Source: Octopus sinensis
Lineage: Eukaryota
Assembly: GCF_006345805.1 (NCBI RefSeq)
Contig: NC_043004.1
Location: forward strand, 64,170,001 to 64,234,000
Direction of reading: 5' to 3'
DNA length: 64,000 nt
Position numbers and translations under genes: made by a program. Position 1 is the first letter of the stretch, and the number at the start of each line of letters is the position of its first letter. Below are positions 1 to 13,893 of the stretch, in pieces. Under the pieces are notes generated by a model that searched no databases, was not told the origin of the DNA, and worked only from the letters and a program-made list of their open reading frames with translations.

Positions 1-555
1 AGAAATCTCTCCAGCCCCAGAGGAGAAAATTCATAAACTAACTGGTTCCTCAGGAATAATCACAAACTAGCTGGTTCCATTTTCAACAACATACTCTACA
101 TCAGCTTCTTTTATTCGGCTTTCTCCTTCGCACTCATGCACTTCGGTCTCCTAAACCAACTGCTTTACTCGCACCATTCCCTTTTTCACTCTAGCAAAAT
201 TCTTCGATCAAACTATCTTGGTTGCCTTCGTTAACCTTGCAGAATCTTCATTTCTTTCGTATTCGACCCAGCCCAGTCCACGTGTTCTGTACTGCACTTA
301 TCATCTCCTCCATTTCTAAATATGTTTGCACCACTGAATCTTTTCCCACGCTCCATTTACCTCCTACTAGCATTTTAGGTTGGGTTACGCGAACAATGAG
401 ATCCATAGAACCTTGTTAAAGGCACATGCGGCAGCGGGATCTTTTTCTATTTAAAACTCCTCCGCCAACGGGCGACAGCTGGAGTCTGGCAGCAACGCTA
501 TACAGCTTGATTGAAGCATAGCGGGACACAAAGACACTCGGTGGTACTTGCTGCA
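1..555 (-). pseudogene. Decayed RLE-type non-LTR retrotransposon fragment (HERO/NeSL-like), region just downstream of the RT domain
   Basis: Hand translation of the minus strand, across stops and frameshifts: VPPS..SIKLYSVAARLQL, QGSMDLIVRVTQPKMLVGGKWSV..EMEEMISAVQNTWTGLG, KAVGLG, LKMEPASL*LFLRNQLVYEFSP. These follow the order I recall for HERO-type ORFs (VPPS..SIGLYS..KLQLP; KW..EIIGAVQ.GR.GLG; WKMEP.R.SFL.RS.YD.LP.P). Clade assignment is from memory. The element runs off the window start. Confidence 0.65.
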
Positions 556-837
556 TATGTATATGTGCTTGCGTGCGTGTGTGTGTGTGGCAGTTAATCT
601 TCGGATCGTACCATGGAAACTGTGCTCCCATTGGTTTTCAGATTGCTGATACTATCTTCTGTTGCAACAACGAGATTCCAGGTCCCATCCTATAGCACCA
701 CATCATGGGCAAGTGTAGACTACTTTTGCTTTGGGTCGACTGAAACTCTTTGAGCGAAGTTGCCAGACGGAAACTGTGTTGAAGGCCGAGTGATGGATGG
801 ATGGATGGATGAAGCGTTTGTATGAGAGATGTTAGAT

Positions 838-872
<35 letters not shown>

Positions 873-876
<4 letters not shown>

Positions 877-1007
877 CCTAGTACTTATTCTATCGGTCTT
901 TGCTGAACCATTAACTTTCGGGGACGTGAAGACATCAAGATCAGTTGTCAGGCAATGGTGTGTGTCTGTAGGGGGACAAACACAGACACGAAGGCACACA
1001 CTCATAA

Positions 1008-1075
<68 letters not shown>

Positions 1076-1244
1076 CAGGACAGGCTTGTCTTAGTTTCCG
1101 CCTACCAAATCCACTCACAAGGCTTTGGTCGGCCTGAGACTATAGTAGAAGACACTTGCCCAAGGTACCACACAGTGGGACTGAACCTCGAACCATGTGG
1201 CTGGGAATAAAGCTTCTAACCATACACCCACACCTGCACCTATA
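873..1244 (-). mobile_element. SINE family A (tRNA-like head, CORE-like GGCACCTTGGGCAAGTGTCTTCTACTATAG box, internal microsatellite)
   Basis: Matches the copies at 15263, 48283, 54512 and 62595 over the head, core and 3' body. Confidence 0.85.
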
Positions 1245-1254
1245 TGTACATATG

Positions 1255-1493
1255 CAGTAATCCCTCGACTATCGCGGGCGTTACATTCCAAAACCCCCCG
1301 CGATAGGTGAAAATCCGCGAAGTAGAAGCAGCACTGTACTGTGTGGTTTTTTTTTTATTATTTTTATAATTTATATATACTTATTGCATTATAAATGCAA
1401 AAGAACACCACGGAAGAATCGACGTTAGCTTAAATAATAAACCGTGATAGGTGAACCGCGATAGGTGAACCCCGATATGGTGAGGGATTACTG
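1255..1493. mobile_element. Tigger/pogo (Tc1-mariner) non-autonomous MITE, about 239 bp
   Basis: Perfect 12-bp TIR core CAGTAATCCCTC at both ends, extending imperfectly to about 23 bp. TA follows the right end and TG precedes the left (probably a mutated TA). The subterminal TTCCAAAACCCCCCGCG..AAAATCCGCG resembles MER2/Tigger elements. Confidence 0.8.
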
Positions 1494-1549
1494 TACATTT
1501 ATTATTTTCCTTGGTGTTGCTTTGTTATATATATTCATGTATATTATGT

Positions 1550-1815
1550 GAAGGTACGTGGCCATGCTAGGTCATCATGGGTTCGATTCCCGGACTGAGT
1601 GTGGCGCGTTGTGTTCTTGAGCAAGACTCTTCATTTTCATGTTGCTCCAGTCCACTCGGCCGCAGATGGGTAACCCTGTGAGAGAGGAACTTTCCGATAA
1701 GGGGGAATATCGGCCTGCTCACCCCGCGTGCGTGGGGTGGGGTGACGTCGTACGATAGCCCCAAAAATAAGGCGAAGCACATTGTGACCAGCGATGCATG
1801 ACAACGTCCGATATC
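1550..1815 (+). mobile_element. SINE head C with tail X
   Basis: B-box GGTTCGATTCCC, core GCGTTGTGTTCTTGAGCAAGAC..TTGCTCCAGTCCACTC, and tail ..CATTGTGACCAGCGATG shared with 16840-16955 and 52322-52430. Confidence 0.75.
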
Positions 1816-2310
1816 GCGATATACGTACATATAAGAACATGCACGTGTAAGCGCTTTGATAACTTAAGTCTGATCCAAAGATAAGACGTTCTGTGAACTC
1901 TCTAAATCCTGCGATGTTCAAATAACGAATACAAACAACACTACTTTCTCTTCAGAAAAATAATAAAAAAAGTTGAATGAGAGGGACAGAGAGAGGGGGG
2001 CAAGGGGGAGATGATAGAATAAGTATTCGATATAGATGCACTAAATAAACATTTAGCAGTCACTATCAAAGCACCTTACATTCACAAAAACACAGACGAC
2101 AACCGAGTCAATGGGATGTGATATGACGGTGGCTCTTTATTTGTGTCTATGAGTGTCTGAAAAACTAATTAACTCTGATGACATCTCTATAGTGATCTAA
2201 TCTCATACATCAGCATCTATGGTTTACGAAATCTTGCCAGGCAATAAATCATTCCTGAAACTGTCAGTTTCATGTTATATATCCAAAAAGCAAACAAATA
2301 ATAATAATAA

Positions 2311-2375
<65 letters not shown>

Positions 2376-2481
2376 TATTATTATTATTATTATTATTATA
2401 TTTATTATTATTCTCAAAGGACTTTCTCTACATACACCTATCATGGAAATGTGAATATGTCATGAAGAAATTTTAACCATT

Positions 2482-2562
<81 letters not shown>

Positions 2563-2739
2563 CTCTCTCTCTCTCCCTCTCTCTCCCTCTCTCTCCCTCT
2601 CTCTCCCTCTCTCTCCCCCTCTCTCTCCCTCTCTCTCCCTCTCTCTCCCTCTGTAACGTGACAGCACGAATTAGAAATTATTTTTTTACAATCGGATTCT
2701 GATATCCTTTGATCTTATTTATCTTTAGTAAAGCATATA

Positions 2740-2772
<33 letters not shown>

Positions 2773-3045
2773 AGTAGTGGTGTTTGTAGTGCTTAACCCC
2801 CTGCCAGTCCTGATCTAGCAGATCCCTGACAGGCGTCCACTGGCTGGTGTGGTCGTACTGAAGGAAATGTTTAAAATTTAATTGTACTGTGAAGCGTCAA
2901 ATTGGCATGATAGTAGAATTTCTTCCGGCTCTTTGCCTTCTGGTTTCAAATTCCACTGAGACCAACTTTGCCTTACATCTTTTCGGCTGGTTGGGTGGGG
3001 GGATAAAATACTAGTCAAGTACTGAAATAAATAATATCGATTAAC

Positions 3046-3392
3046 TTAAAGGACCACCTTTGGTCATGAATGACCATGGGATTGCACCTAGAAAGTTGCC
3101 CTCCAAGGCACAAGTCTGAGAAAGGTTGTTTGTGGAGGGCTAGCCGAAGCCCATACATACCAACCTACCCTCGCCACACCACTGATGTTATTCAAGAGAA
3201 AGGCAAAGGGGCCGATGCAGCTTGGCTCCAGAGTCCTTTGGGTACCGGAATGGTGTTGTAGAGTCACAACACTTTTCTACAGCTGAGTGAAGTGGAGCAA
3301 CGTGAACACAACACAGAGCCCGGTCTGGTCATCGAAATCACCACTTCATGATTGTGTGCCCGACGCTCTAACTACTGGGCCATTGCACCTTC
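3046..3392 (-). mobile_element. SINE head C with tail W
   Basis: Minus-strand head GGTGCAATGGCCCAGTAGTTAG and core TTGCTCCACTTCACTCAGCTG. The tail ATGAATGACCATGG..CCTAGAAAGTT recurs near 52885-52930. Confidence 0.7.
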
Positions 3393-3706
3393 ATTGATTA
3401 ACCACTCTCCATAAAATTACTGGTTGAAGAAATCATTATTAAGCATGACTACGCTGTTCATCAACATTAGGGCACAGTTTTCTCTTTAAGTCTTTCAGTT
3501 CGACTCTGGTACTTCTATTGAGTCTAATACTCGTCCTCATCGCTCTAGTTTTACCGAAAAACGATAAGGTGCGGGAAGTAAAGAAACCTACACCGGTTGT
3601 CAAACAATTAGGGGAAAACACACGCACACATGAGAACCGACGCGTATGTATGTGTGTGTGTATATATATTATATATATATATATGTGCGTGTGCGTGTAT
3701 GCATAT

Positions 3707-3753
<47 letters not shown>

Positions 3754-3804
3754 CGTATGTATTATTATGTGTGTGTGTGAGTATGTGTGTGTCGCTAGCC
3801 ACTA

Positions 3805-3969
3805 CACACATTTTTTTTCTCTCCTTGTTTTTTCTGTGTACCTTTCTGCAGAGAGCGTAGGTACGAAACGTAAAAGACTTTTTCTATTCCTGAGCGTTAT
3901 ACTAATACATCTGTTTGTTTTGTACACCACCTGTCTTCGTATTCTGTTTTTTTTTTTCGTAAACTTTCC

Positions 3970-3975
<6 letters not shown>
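3805..3975 (+). ncRNA. Dispersed repeat carrying a hammerhead-like motif (copy 1, degenerate stem II)
   Basis: CTTT-CTGCAGA-GAGC-GTAG-GTAC-GAAAC-GTA-AAAG at 3842-3876. Flanks are homologous to 51001-51120 and 62096-62170. Confidence 0.4.
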
Positions 3976-4044
<69 letters not shown>

Positions 4045-4054
4045 GTATGTGCAT

Positions 4055-4255
4055 GTGTGTATATGTGTGTGTGCGTCCCACTACTGCTTGACAACCGGTA
4101 GTATTCTGTTTACGCCCACGGAACTTAGCGTTTCTGCAAAAGAGACCGATAGAATAAAACCAGGCTTTAAAAGTAAAACCGGGGAACGATTCATTCGAAT
4201 AAAATTTCTCCATGGCCGCAGTTTAATGAGTGAAACAAGTAAAAGATAAAAGATA
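4055..4255 (+). mobile_element. SINE family A, 3' half
   Basis: GCTTGACAACCGG..AAAAGAGACCGATAGAATAA..CATGGCCGCAG..TGAAACAAGTAAAAGA. Confidence 0.75.
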
Positions 4256-5108
4256 TAATTAACGAAAAATTGATTTGTCTGGTGAGTTCGTTTAAATCAC
4301 GCACTCGACTCGTGAATTACTTATAAAACTTCAGCACTTCCTACTGGGTAGAGAACGACTGAATTGGTGTCTGTAACAAATGAGGCAGAACAGCGCCGAA
4401 ACTCGTTTCACGGTTCGATTGCATCATTCAGCGCTCAGTTCAATGTCTGTAAGGAGAATATCTTCTCCGTGACAATTACTACAGCAGCGAAAGCGTTTCT
4501 AAATTTGAAGTGCACACGAACGTGTTACAAAAATATAAATGATAAATCTACACGCATTTACTTTAATCGTCACTGCATAGTGAGCTTAAAGTCTTTCCAA
4601 CATAGAGAGTGTAAAACGCTGCTGTCTTTCATTAATGTCTCTTCTTTCAACTTTTCCCTGAAGAAAGACTCTTTCCGAAACGTTGGATTTCAATCTCCTC
4701 ACAACAAGTTCACTGTATTCTTTTTAACGATTTTATTAAATGATACGAGTTTTGCCAACGCTGACCGACACCACTCTGATGCGGCCGCTTGAGCCCTACG
4801 AACGAAGTTAATGCAAGCACCTAACAAAATTTTGAGTTGCATCAAACCCAATTAAACACTTTTAGATAATAATATACGAAACTATTTCTAAATGTATTGG
4901 GTACCTCCCTTCTTTTCCCACTCACTTGTTTTTATACATACACGTTGATTTTATATATGTGTCTGTGTGTGTATATATGTATATATGATTAAAATTGTTT
5001 ACCATCTTCAGGAATATATCCTGGCACCTATAACAGACACGCATTCAGAATGATAAAACTACCTTATTTCCTTATTTTACCCGACCGAAAAAAACGAAAC
5101 AAAAACGA

Positions 5109-5172
<64 letters not shown>

Positions 5173-5173
<1 letters not shown>

Positions 5174-5352
5174 GTTTCAAATTTTGCCACAAGGCCAGCA
5201 ATTATGGGGAAGTGGCTAAGTTGATTATGTCGACCCTCAGTGATCAACTGGTATTTATTTTATCGATCCTGGCAGGATGAAAAGCCAAGTCAACAACAGC
5301 AGAATTTAAACTCAGAACATAAAGACTGAAGAAATGCTAACGTTTCTGCCAA
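5173..5352 (-). mobile_element. SINE family D
   Basis: Contains the family D motifs (TCGATAAAATAA..CCAGTTG; GGTTTCAAATTTTGCCACAAGGCCAG) and lies between (AAT)n tracts. Confidence 0.7.
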
Positions 5353-6634
5353 TAATAATAATAATAATAATAATAATAGTAAAATTAAGAAGTCATATTC
5401 GATGTAGGATCATCAACGGCAGTGGCTACAACAGCAGCAGCAGAAGTTGCCATTGCTAAGATGTGTCGTAATTTTACGACTTTATCCCTTAGCAATCTAC
5501 TACTACTACTACTAATAATAATAATAATAATACTAATACTAATACTACTATTACTACTACTACTACTACTAGTAGTAGTAGTAGTAGTAGCAGCAGCAGC
5601 AGCAGGAAACCCAAATCACAACTAGTTCTTCTAACTGACCTTGATACAAATGGGGGATTCATTGATGAGGTTTTCCGCCTTGAGTGGGGGAGGGGGATTT
5701 TCAAATATTTATTTTTTATTTAATTTTGTTTTTTCTCCTTTCCTCAATACCGCCCTTATCCCCCACCGCCACTCCGCGCCACTACCACCACCACCACCAC
5801 CACCACCACCACCACCACCACCACCACCACCACCACCACACATCCACATTTTCTTTACCGAATCGCTTTACGTCTCTTTCTCACATTAAATGATAGCACA
5901 CACGGATATAATTAATTAGAGTTTACACAATTGTGAAAGAACTCAAGGAAAGCATGTGGTAGGATGTATAATTGGTTGCAATATGGAAAGCAGAGAAACG
6001 ACTGTGCTAACATGTGTATATGCGCGTGTGTGTATATATGCGCGTGTGTGTGTGTGTGTGTGAGGTTTTTATCGTTTTATTTTTTCTCTTTTTTTTACCA
6101 TAATATGCACCTGCAGTATCATTTGTTTTGTTTCGTATGGTGTGGTTTTTTAGTATTTTTATTTTTATTTTTCGTTGTATGATTTATTTTTTCTTTCTAT
6201 TATTTATTCTTTCTATTCCCAATTAGGTTCGAACCACGTTCGTCATCACTAATGCCTTTAAGGAGAGCCATATACGTCAGAGCTTCTCATTTCCTACACA
6301 CACCACCTCTCTTTCCCCCTCCTTCCCCCCCTCTCTCTCTCTCTCTCTGTTTCTTTCTACCTGCCTCATTATAAATGAAGTATTTCATATCCAGTTGAAG
6401 AATCACTTTGCTCACTTCATTTGCCACGCTGTTCCTTTTTAAGAGAAATCATGAACGCCACAAGCTCCCATTATAACCCCTGCCCCTTCCTCTATTAAAT
6501 TTCAAACGACCATTTCCATGTAGAAAACGAAATGAAATCCAATAAACAAACCAGTCGCAAATTGTTCCTTGGTGATTCCTCGCTACAGAAGACGATTGTC
6601 TTCGTTGACCAGGCTTTCTGATAGTTAAATAACT

Positions 6635-6840
6635 CAGCGCTTGGCTTAGTGGTTAAGATGTAGAATCCAGGATCTTAAGACTATGGTTTCGATTCCAGGG
6701 CTGGCCGATGCGTTGTGTTCTTAAGCTAATTATTCCGCATTGGTCCGGTTCACTCAGCTGAATACGAAATTCAGTAATTGCTGAGTTGATCCAGCGATGG
6801 ACTGGCGTCCCGTTCTGGGTGGAGAGAACAGATCAGGGAA
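6635..6840 (+). mobile_element. SINE head C with tail Y
   Basis: A-box TGGCTTAGTGG, B-box GGTTTCGATTCC, core C, then GCGATGGACTGGCGTCCCGT, the tail otherwise carried by family B. Confidence 0.65.
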
Positions 6841-6879
6841 GAATTTAGTTCTGGATATTCTAGTTAAGCTCTTTTACGT

Positions 6880-7365
6880 TACGTGTTCAAATCCTATCAA
6901 GGGTTGACCTTACCTTTCATCTTCCAGGTTCGATAAAATTAGTACCAGTACAGTGGTCCTCACTTCACTTTTCAAGATAATCCCTGTGGCCCCGGGCCTG
7001 TGTAGAATATCATTATTGGAAAATGTTGTATATGCAATATTTATCATGTCTCGAAAGCGGCGAGCAGGTAGAATCGTTAGCACGCCGGACAAATTACTCA
7101 GCCGCTTTTCGTCCGTCTTTGCCTTTCATCCTTTCGGGGTCGATAAAATAAGTATCAGTTGGGCACTTGAGTCAATGTAACCTTACCCCTCCCCCAAAAT
7201 CTCTGGCCTTGTGTCGAAAATCGAAACCAGTATTAATTCAAATAAGGTCGATAGGTTGGGGAACTTCTTTCTGAGTTCAAATCCCGCTATGGGTAACTTC
7301 GCCTTTCATCCCCACCAATTTCCCCCGAAATTGCTGGCCTTGTGCCAAAATTTGAAACCAGTATT
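6880..7365 (+). mobile_element. Cluster of three family D SINE pieces; the most complete is 7053-7235
   Basis: Repeated TTCAAAT..GG(G)T..AC(C/T)T..CCTTTCATC and TCGATAAAAT motifs. Confidence 0.7.
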
Positions 7366-8815
7366 TATCGTGTCTCTCCTTTAATTGATGATGGCGCGTG
7401 TGACACTCACGTCGCAAGATCGTGGTTTTGATACCTGGACCGGAAAGGTGGGGTTTTGTATCACTGAGCAAAACACTTTAATTCTCACTACTTCAGTCTA
7501 CTTAGCTGAAAATGAGATCCAGTAGTAGCTGGCAAGTTGCCGTCCCATTCGGTGAGTAGTGATGTTGTCTCCCTTACTTATTCGCCAAAGGAACCGGTGT
7601 TTCGACATATTCCCGGACTTTCAAGCCTAGCCAAACAGCTGGCATCTGTATATACCTTCATCTAACAAAATCTTAGTAGATCGGTGCTTATATCTGCCAG
7701 CCGAAATAAAATCGTTGTTTGCGCCGTATACAGAAAGATCTGGGACGATATATGTGCATATTTATTCTTAATGGGTCTAAGCAGGTTCGGATCCAAAATA
7801 TGCTAGTGGCTGTACTGTACGGCAAAAGAGTAAAACTTCTTTCTTTTCTGACGATAGTGTATTCAATCTGGAAAGTGTCCAGAAATTATTCTAACGTCCA
7901 ACCAAAGCAACGGCAGACAAAACAACTGTTCTCTTATTTCAAGCTGGCAAAAGTTTAAGATATATTGACCCGCAACATAACTAATGTTGCCTTACCATTT
8001 TCAACTGCCAGCACAAGTCATAGAGAAGTCGCCAGGTGGCAATGCGATCTGATAGAAATATCAACCAAATACTTTCTAAATTACACTCCACCGTCCATGA
8101 TACAGTTATGAAGAGATAATCACCGCGAAACTACATGACAGAAACAACCTACGCTATACACGAGAGTCAATTGCAGAGGTTTCTGGGGCAACGGTGTTTC
8201 GACATGTGTCCCGTCTGCCAGAATTACCCCCGGACTTTTGAGTCTAACTAAGCAGCTGAACTTTGTTTATACTTTTGCTGAATGTATTCTCCTGTGATGT
8301 ACATTAAACAGCCACGAGCATATTTTGCGTCTGAATGTAGCTAGATTTATCGAGGATAGATATACAAAGATTTGCTCGTTTCGTTTTACGTTTCAAAATA
8401 GGCGAAAGTATTGCTGTAGTTTCTTTACTATACAACCCAAGCTGGCGCCAAAAGCTTTACCTTTATTAGAAAAAATACCTCATGCTATGATCAGAAATTA
8501 TTTTCTAAACCAAAAGTAAAAATCTAGACGCAACCGTGCAGTTAAATTACATTCTTATGTTCCCCATACATTCACTTGTATAATAATTCAAGGATTCGCG
8601 TTCAAACCACATCGGAGTTAACTTACCCTTCTATTTCTTTTGATGCAAATAAAATAACAGCACCTCTTTCCACACCATGCTTAAAATCACATAAGTTTTA
8701 ATAACAGTCGTAATACTGTCAATAAGAAAGGAATGAAAATATACTGTCTCCTTCATCTTATACGAATTGATAACCTCGTGCTAGTCTTAGAAACACCGAA
8801 GATCACGAAAATACA

Positions 8816-8917
<102 letters not shown>

Positions 8918-9119
8918 CATCATCATCATCATCATTTTGGTTGTCTGGGGAATCGTTGCGTTTCTTTAAAAATGTATTAATGTCATGTTTTTTTCTCTGT
9001 AACTTTAATATTTGGCCAAATGCTTCACATGTCTTAGTACATATTTTCGTTCACACATACACAAATAAATGCACACACGCGCGCACACATACACGCTCAT
9101 ACACACAGACTTATATGTA

Positions 9120-9164
<45 letters not shown>

Positions 9165-9382
9165 CGTGTGTCTGTGTGCATACACTATCAAAAGAATACT
9201 CCCACGATATAAATCAAAACAACTCGATCCAAATATCGATATATGCAATAGACAGAGTTCTATAGATCTGTCTTTAATACCCAAAGACATGCAAGAGACT
9301 TATACATGGAGAAAAAACTGAGACTCGAAAATTGTGTCTATTTCAAAGTGCGTGTGCGTATGAATGTATCTAGATAGATAGG

Positions 9383-9420
<38 letters not shown>

Positions 9421-9512
9421 CATACATACATACATACATACATACATACATACATACATACAGACAGACAGACAGACAGACAGACAACAGACAGACAGAC
9501 AGACAGACAGAC

Positions 9513-9576
<64 letters not shown>

Positions 9577-10409
9577 GAGTCGAGTGTAAGTGGGTGTACG
9601 TCTCTATGTGAGAGAAATAGAGGCTTTTAATCCTAAGACCAGGGAGACTAGTCATTCAATAAAGAACTCGATATATTTCATACCGTAGAGTAAAAAAATT
9701 GTTATTTTTCTAAAAGACAGGTCGGTGCCAATGTTTCAGGTTTAATGACTTCTCTAAGATACTAGTCTGAGACGCCTGAAGGAAGAGATTAGCATTCACA
9801 CATTGGTGCCCGTCGATAGATTTATGGCATATATATATATACTGTCTGGAGAGAGTCATTCCCTTTTAATGCCTTATTTGACACACGCACCGGTTCGATT
9901 TCCACTCGTTTATTTATTTTTTTCTGAAATTTTCGTTGCGTCTTACAACTTTTTCAATAGTCGTTGACTCTCTTGGCAACAGATGAACTGGGATTGGTGA
10001 ATCTCCCCTCATTATGTTTTTTAGTGATTTTGTTGTACCAGTCTAAGATGTGTCGGTCTCTATTTTTAGTTAAGGAAATCTTTGCCTGTCTCACTGTCAA
10101 TCTGTGGTGCGATACATACCCTTGTGTTGAAGGGTAAGTCTGTCGGGTAGATCCTCGCCATGTCATATGATTTGTTGTTGGGGTAATAGAAGACAAGTTG
10201 AAGGGTGCTACTGGTGTTACTTTCGTTGTTGTTGTTGTTATAGTTGCTGGTATTGTCGTTGCTAGTGATGGTGATGGTGGTAGTGGTGGTGGTGGTGGTG
10301 GTGCTGGTGCTGGTGCTGGTGCTGGTGGTGGTCGTGGTGGTCGTGGTGGTCGTGGTAGTGGTGGTGGTGGTGGTGGTGGTGGTGGTGGTGGTGGTGGTGG
10401 TGGTGGTGG

Positions 10410-10440
<31 letters not shown>

Positions 10441-10516
10441 GGTGCTGGTAGTGGTGGTGGTGCTGGTGGTGGTGGTGGTGGTGGTAGTGCTTGTGATGTG
10501 CTCGTTGTGGTTGTTG

Positions 10517-10616
<100 letters not shown>

Positions 10617-11327
10617 ACCTTCAAAGAAGCTTTGTAAATAATCTTTCTGACTCACACAAGAAAATGTCTCTTTCTTTCATATACCAAATACATCATTCAA
10701 CGTCACTTATATGTTTTGTTTTCTTTGAGATACCCAATAATATACCCGGATGTAAATACCGTAGCTTGCCAACCACAAATGAACACGTATGGGTCGTAGT
10801 TACACAACTTGGCTTGGCTACGTTGACATGATTGGGAATTACAAGCTGAAATCTATTTGGAGACGATGCTGACTAAGATTCTTTCAGATCGATATATACT
10901 GAGAGAAGGAGGTGGATGACTTTACTTTTGTCTTCGTTTATGGCTGTTTTATGATTTTGGACGAGATTGGAGGAGAGAGAAATGTTGATTTAATTAAAAC
11001 AATATAGGCTGGTTGTTGACAGTACAGAAGAAAAAATAATGGTTGACGTCATCCATAATGATGGATAGAGTGTACATATATACTTATACGCGTGTGTGTG
11101 TGTTGTGTGTGTGTGTTATATTAGCCAGCAATATTACGGAGGTGTGAAATGTAATGAACCGAAGCAAAGCACTCAATAGCGTTAGGTACAGTGATATAAT
11201 ATTTATTTAAAGCTAATGGATTTCGGAACTCTACAGTCATCCATTGTGTGTGTATATGTGTGTGTGTCTGTGTGTGCGCGCGCACACACACACACTCACA
11301 TACACATATATATATATACACACACAC

Positions 11328-11371
<44 letters not shown>

Positions 11372-11390
11372 CTATATATATACACACACT

Positions 11391-11425
<35 letters not shown>

Positions 11426-12844
11426 TATATATATATACATACACACACAGACTAGGAGTTGCACGAAACAATATATATTTTGTCGGAATCATCCCATTTC
11501 ATCATACACACACACACACACAATTATGTATGTCGTTATTTTAGTGTTATAAAATTCCAGCTGTTTATTGCCAAAAGAATTTGTTCTCAGTGGAAATTGA
11601 TAGAATACTAAGATTTCATATTTGTTTAGAATGATCTTGTCCACCTTTACGTCATCTCTTTTTTTTTTTTTTCGTTATTTGAATTTTAAGAGTAGACCTA
11701 ACACACCACATTGTTTCTCCCCACCACTGGCTGTCTGCTATTTGAGTGTCTTAAGTGGAGTCCATTCTGTTATAAAGAATTGTGGCCAAATCTCCAGTTC
11801 TTGCCCTAATCACACTGACTTGTTTTTCTGATATTGTTCAGTTGTTATTGTTGTCGTGGAGGTGGTGGTGGTGGTGGGTTATTCGTACCTTTCAGATGAG
11901 TGAAGTACATAATCATTGTAGTAAGAACGATTCAATCACTTCCTTAGACTATATTTGAAAAATATCGATGTTCCTGCAGATGTTGGACTGCGTATGTTCT
12001 AGCTGGGAACCAGCCGCACCAATGTCACTTGTCTGGGAGAGCCTGCAAACTAAGGTGTACTCTACTAGCTCGTTTAGACCCACCAGAGTTCATAAATCTG
12101 ACCTTATAAAACACTTACTTTAAAATTGGAATTGACTTGTTTTTACGTATTTTCAACAAGAAGTTACTCCTTCAAGAATTGTTGTCCTCGAATGACGCAT
12201 CTAAATTATTGGACAAGAACATATACTTCCTCTCGTTTCAAATACATAAATCAGTATTTTTTTTGCCCAAAATATCTTGCCAGTATGTTGGATTGAATTG
12301 TCTATATTCAGTCCACTGCAAGACAAAGGTTTAAGTATGTTCTCCCACCCCGCAATTACGGTCTGGTCTGGAAACCGTGATCTCGAGCCTGAAGTCATAC
12401 TGGTTTGATGAGCCTACTCTGCCACGCTGGCTTGACTCGATTTTTTATACTCCTACACAGGAATAGGTAAATCGATTACATCGACACCCAGTGCTCAAAC
12501 TGTACTTATTTTATCGAACCCGAAAGTATGAAAGGCTCTGTCGATCTCGGTAGAATTTGAACTCATAACGTAAAAGTGGACGAAACACCACTAATCATTT
12601 CGCCCGGCCTGCTAATGATTCTACCAGCTCACCGCCAATATGTTACCAATACTTAAATATTTTATTAAAAACGTTTTATTGCTTTCACCTAAACATAAAG
12701 CATACACATTATTAATTCATACATAAATAATTTTAACCCCATTTTTAGATCGCAAATTCAATTACGTACATATGTAATTTAGAATTATATATTATTCACA
12801 TTTTTAAAGTGTTATTAATATAATTTTCTTTTATAGATTTGGTC

Positions 12845-13790
12845 TGGGTTGTCGCGAATCAGAATCAGACAATAGTCAACTATTATGTATTCATTCCAAA
12901 CGTTTCCTTTGAATATTTGGATCGAACCGTTCTCCTTGCTCCTTGATTAAATTTCGCATAACCATTTTAAAAAGTTTTCAAGCTTTTAATTGCAGTGCTT
13001 TCAAGATTTGTTTAAATTTAATATTAAAAAACTCAAAGATTGGAAACCCTGCAAAATTTCTCACCTTTAACTTTGGGAAATATTTTTAAAGGATTTTGAA
13101 ATCTTGCGTCGACTAAATCATTGCTTTGAGAAAAACTTTTATTAAATCATATCTAATAAGGAGAGATGGTAGAAATGTCTTCTTGGGGGCCCAAATAGAA
13201 GGAACGGATTGAGCACTGCTCATTCCTAAGACATATGCTAACTTTAATAGCTACGATGGTTTGATATAGTGGAATGTAGTTGTACGAATGCTCTATAGAT
13301 ATAAGAAACAGCAGTATTTTGTAAATCTTGTTTGAGTATTATTCAAATAACTTTGAGATCTCCACAGAGATTCCATTTACAAATTTAACTTTGAATGGTA
13401 CCAAGCAGCATATCTATGTTGACATATGATTCTATTGTGTGGACATCTTGGACAATAAGGAATGCACAGCTTTACATTCCTGTTACGTAGAATTACTTAA
13501 TAGTGAATCAATGCAAAGGCGCCAGTCAGATACTCAAGAAGTTTGAGACAAGTTTGTGAAGAATTCATTGATGCCATTGCTATAGTAGAATGGATCATCT
13601 AATGTTGCCAATTAAAAATTCACTTTAGAAAGTAAATCACTTTTGTATTTTGATCAAGTAAATTAGCTTTGTTCAGTGTAGAGACGAGAAGGTCGACCTT
13701 TTCTGTAGACGACAATTAGTATCTACTAAGATTATTTAAACATACTTGTTTAGAACAAATTTTCTTTGGATACATATTCAGTATCTTTAG
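12845..13790 (-). pseudogene. Decayed DNA transposase, CMC/Chapaev(3)-like, with internal deletions
   Basis: Minus-strand peptides in order: LNNLSRY*LSSTEKVDLLVSTLNKANLLDQNTKV, SDWRLCIDS, ESYVNIDMLL..KWNLCGDLKVI, FTKYCCFL, FLPSLLIRYDLIKVFLKAM, KEQGERF, VDYCLILIRDNP. I recall the family motifs as WRLFIDSS, W.ICGDLKV, TKYCCFLC, PLHIKLGL, EQGERFHQ and DYCW. Many stops and frameshifts. Transposase call is strong; superfamily is from memory. Confidence 0.72.
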
Positions 13791-13893
13791 AAAATCCATC
13801 ACCTACACCAATTTTCCCTTCAACACTGTCCACTCTGTTATTTGTAGAAGCTAGTACTTCATTTAACCCGCACTTAGTCTTTCCTGTGAATTA

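Noticed and set aside
4364-4792. 142-codon non-repetitive plus-strand frame
   Set aside because: It starts at TTG, has no recognisable motif in any frame and no clear splice signals.
11990-12400. Possible ancient L1/Tx1 C-terminal relic on the minus strand
   Set aside because: Resemblance (WQDILG..RKYMF..FLLKI) is too weak to support without a profile search.
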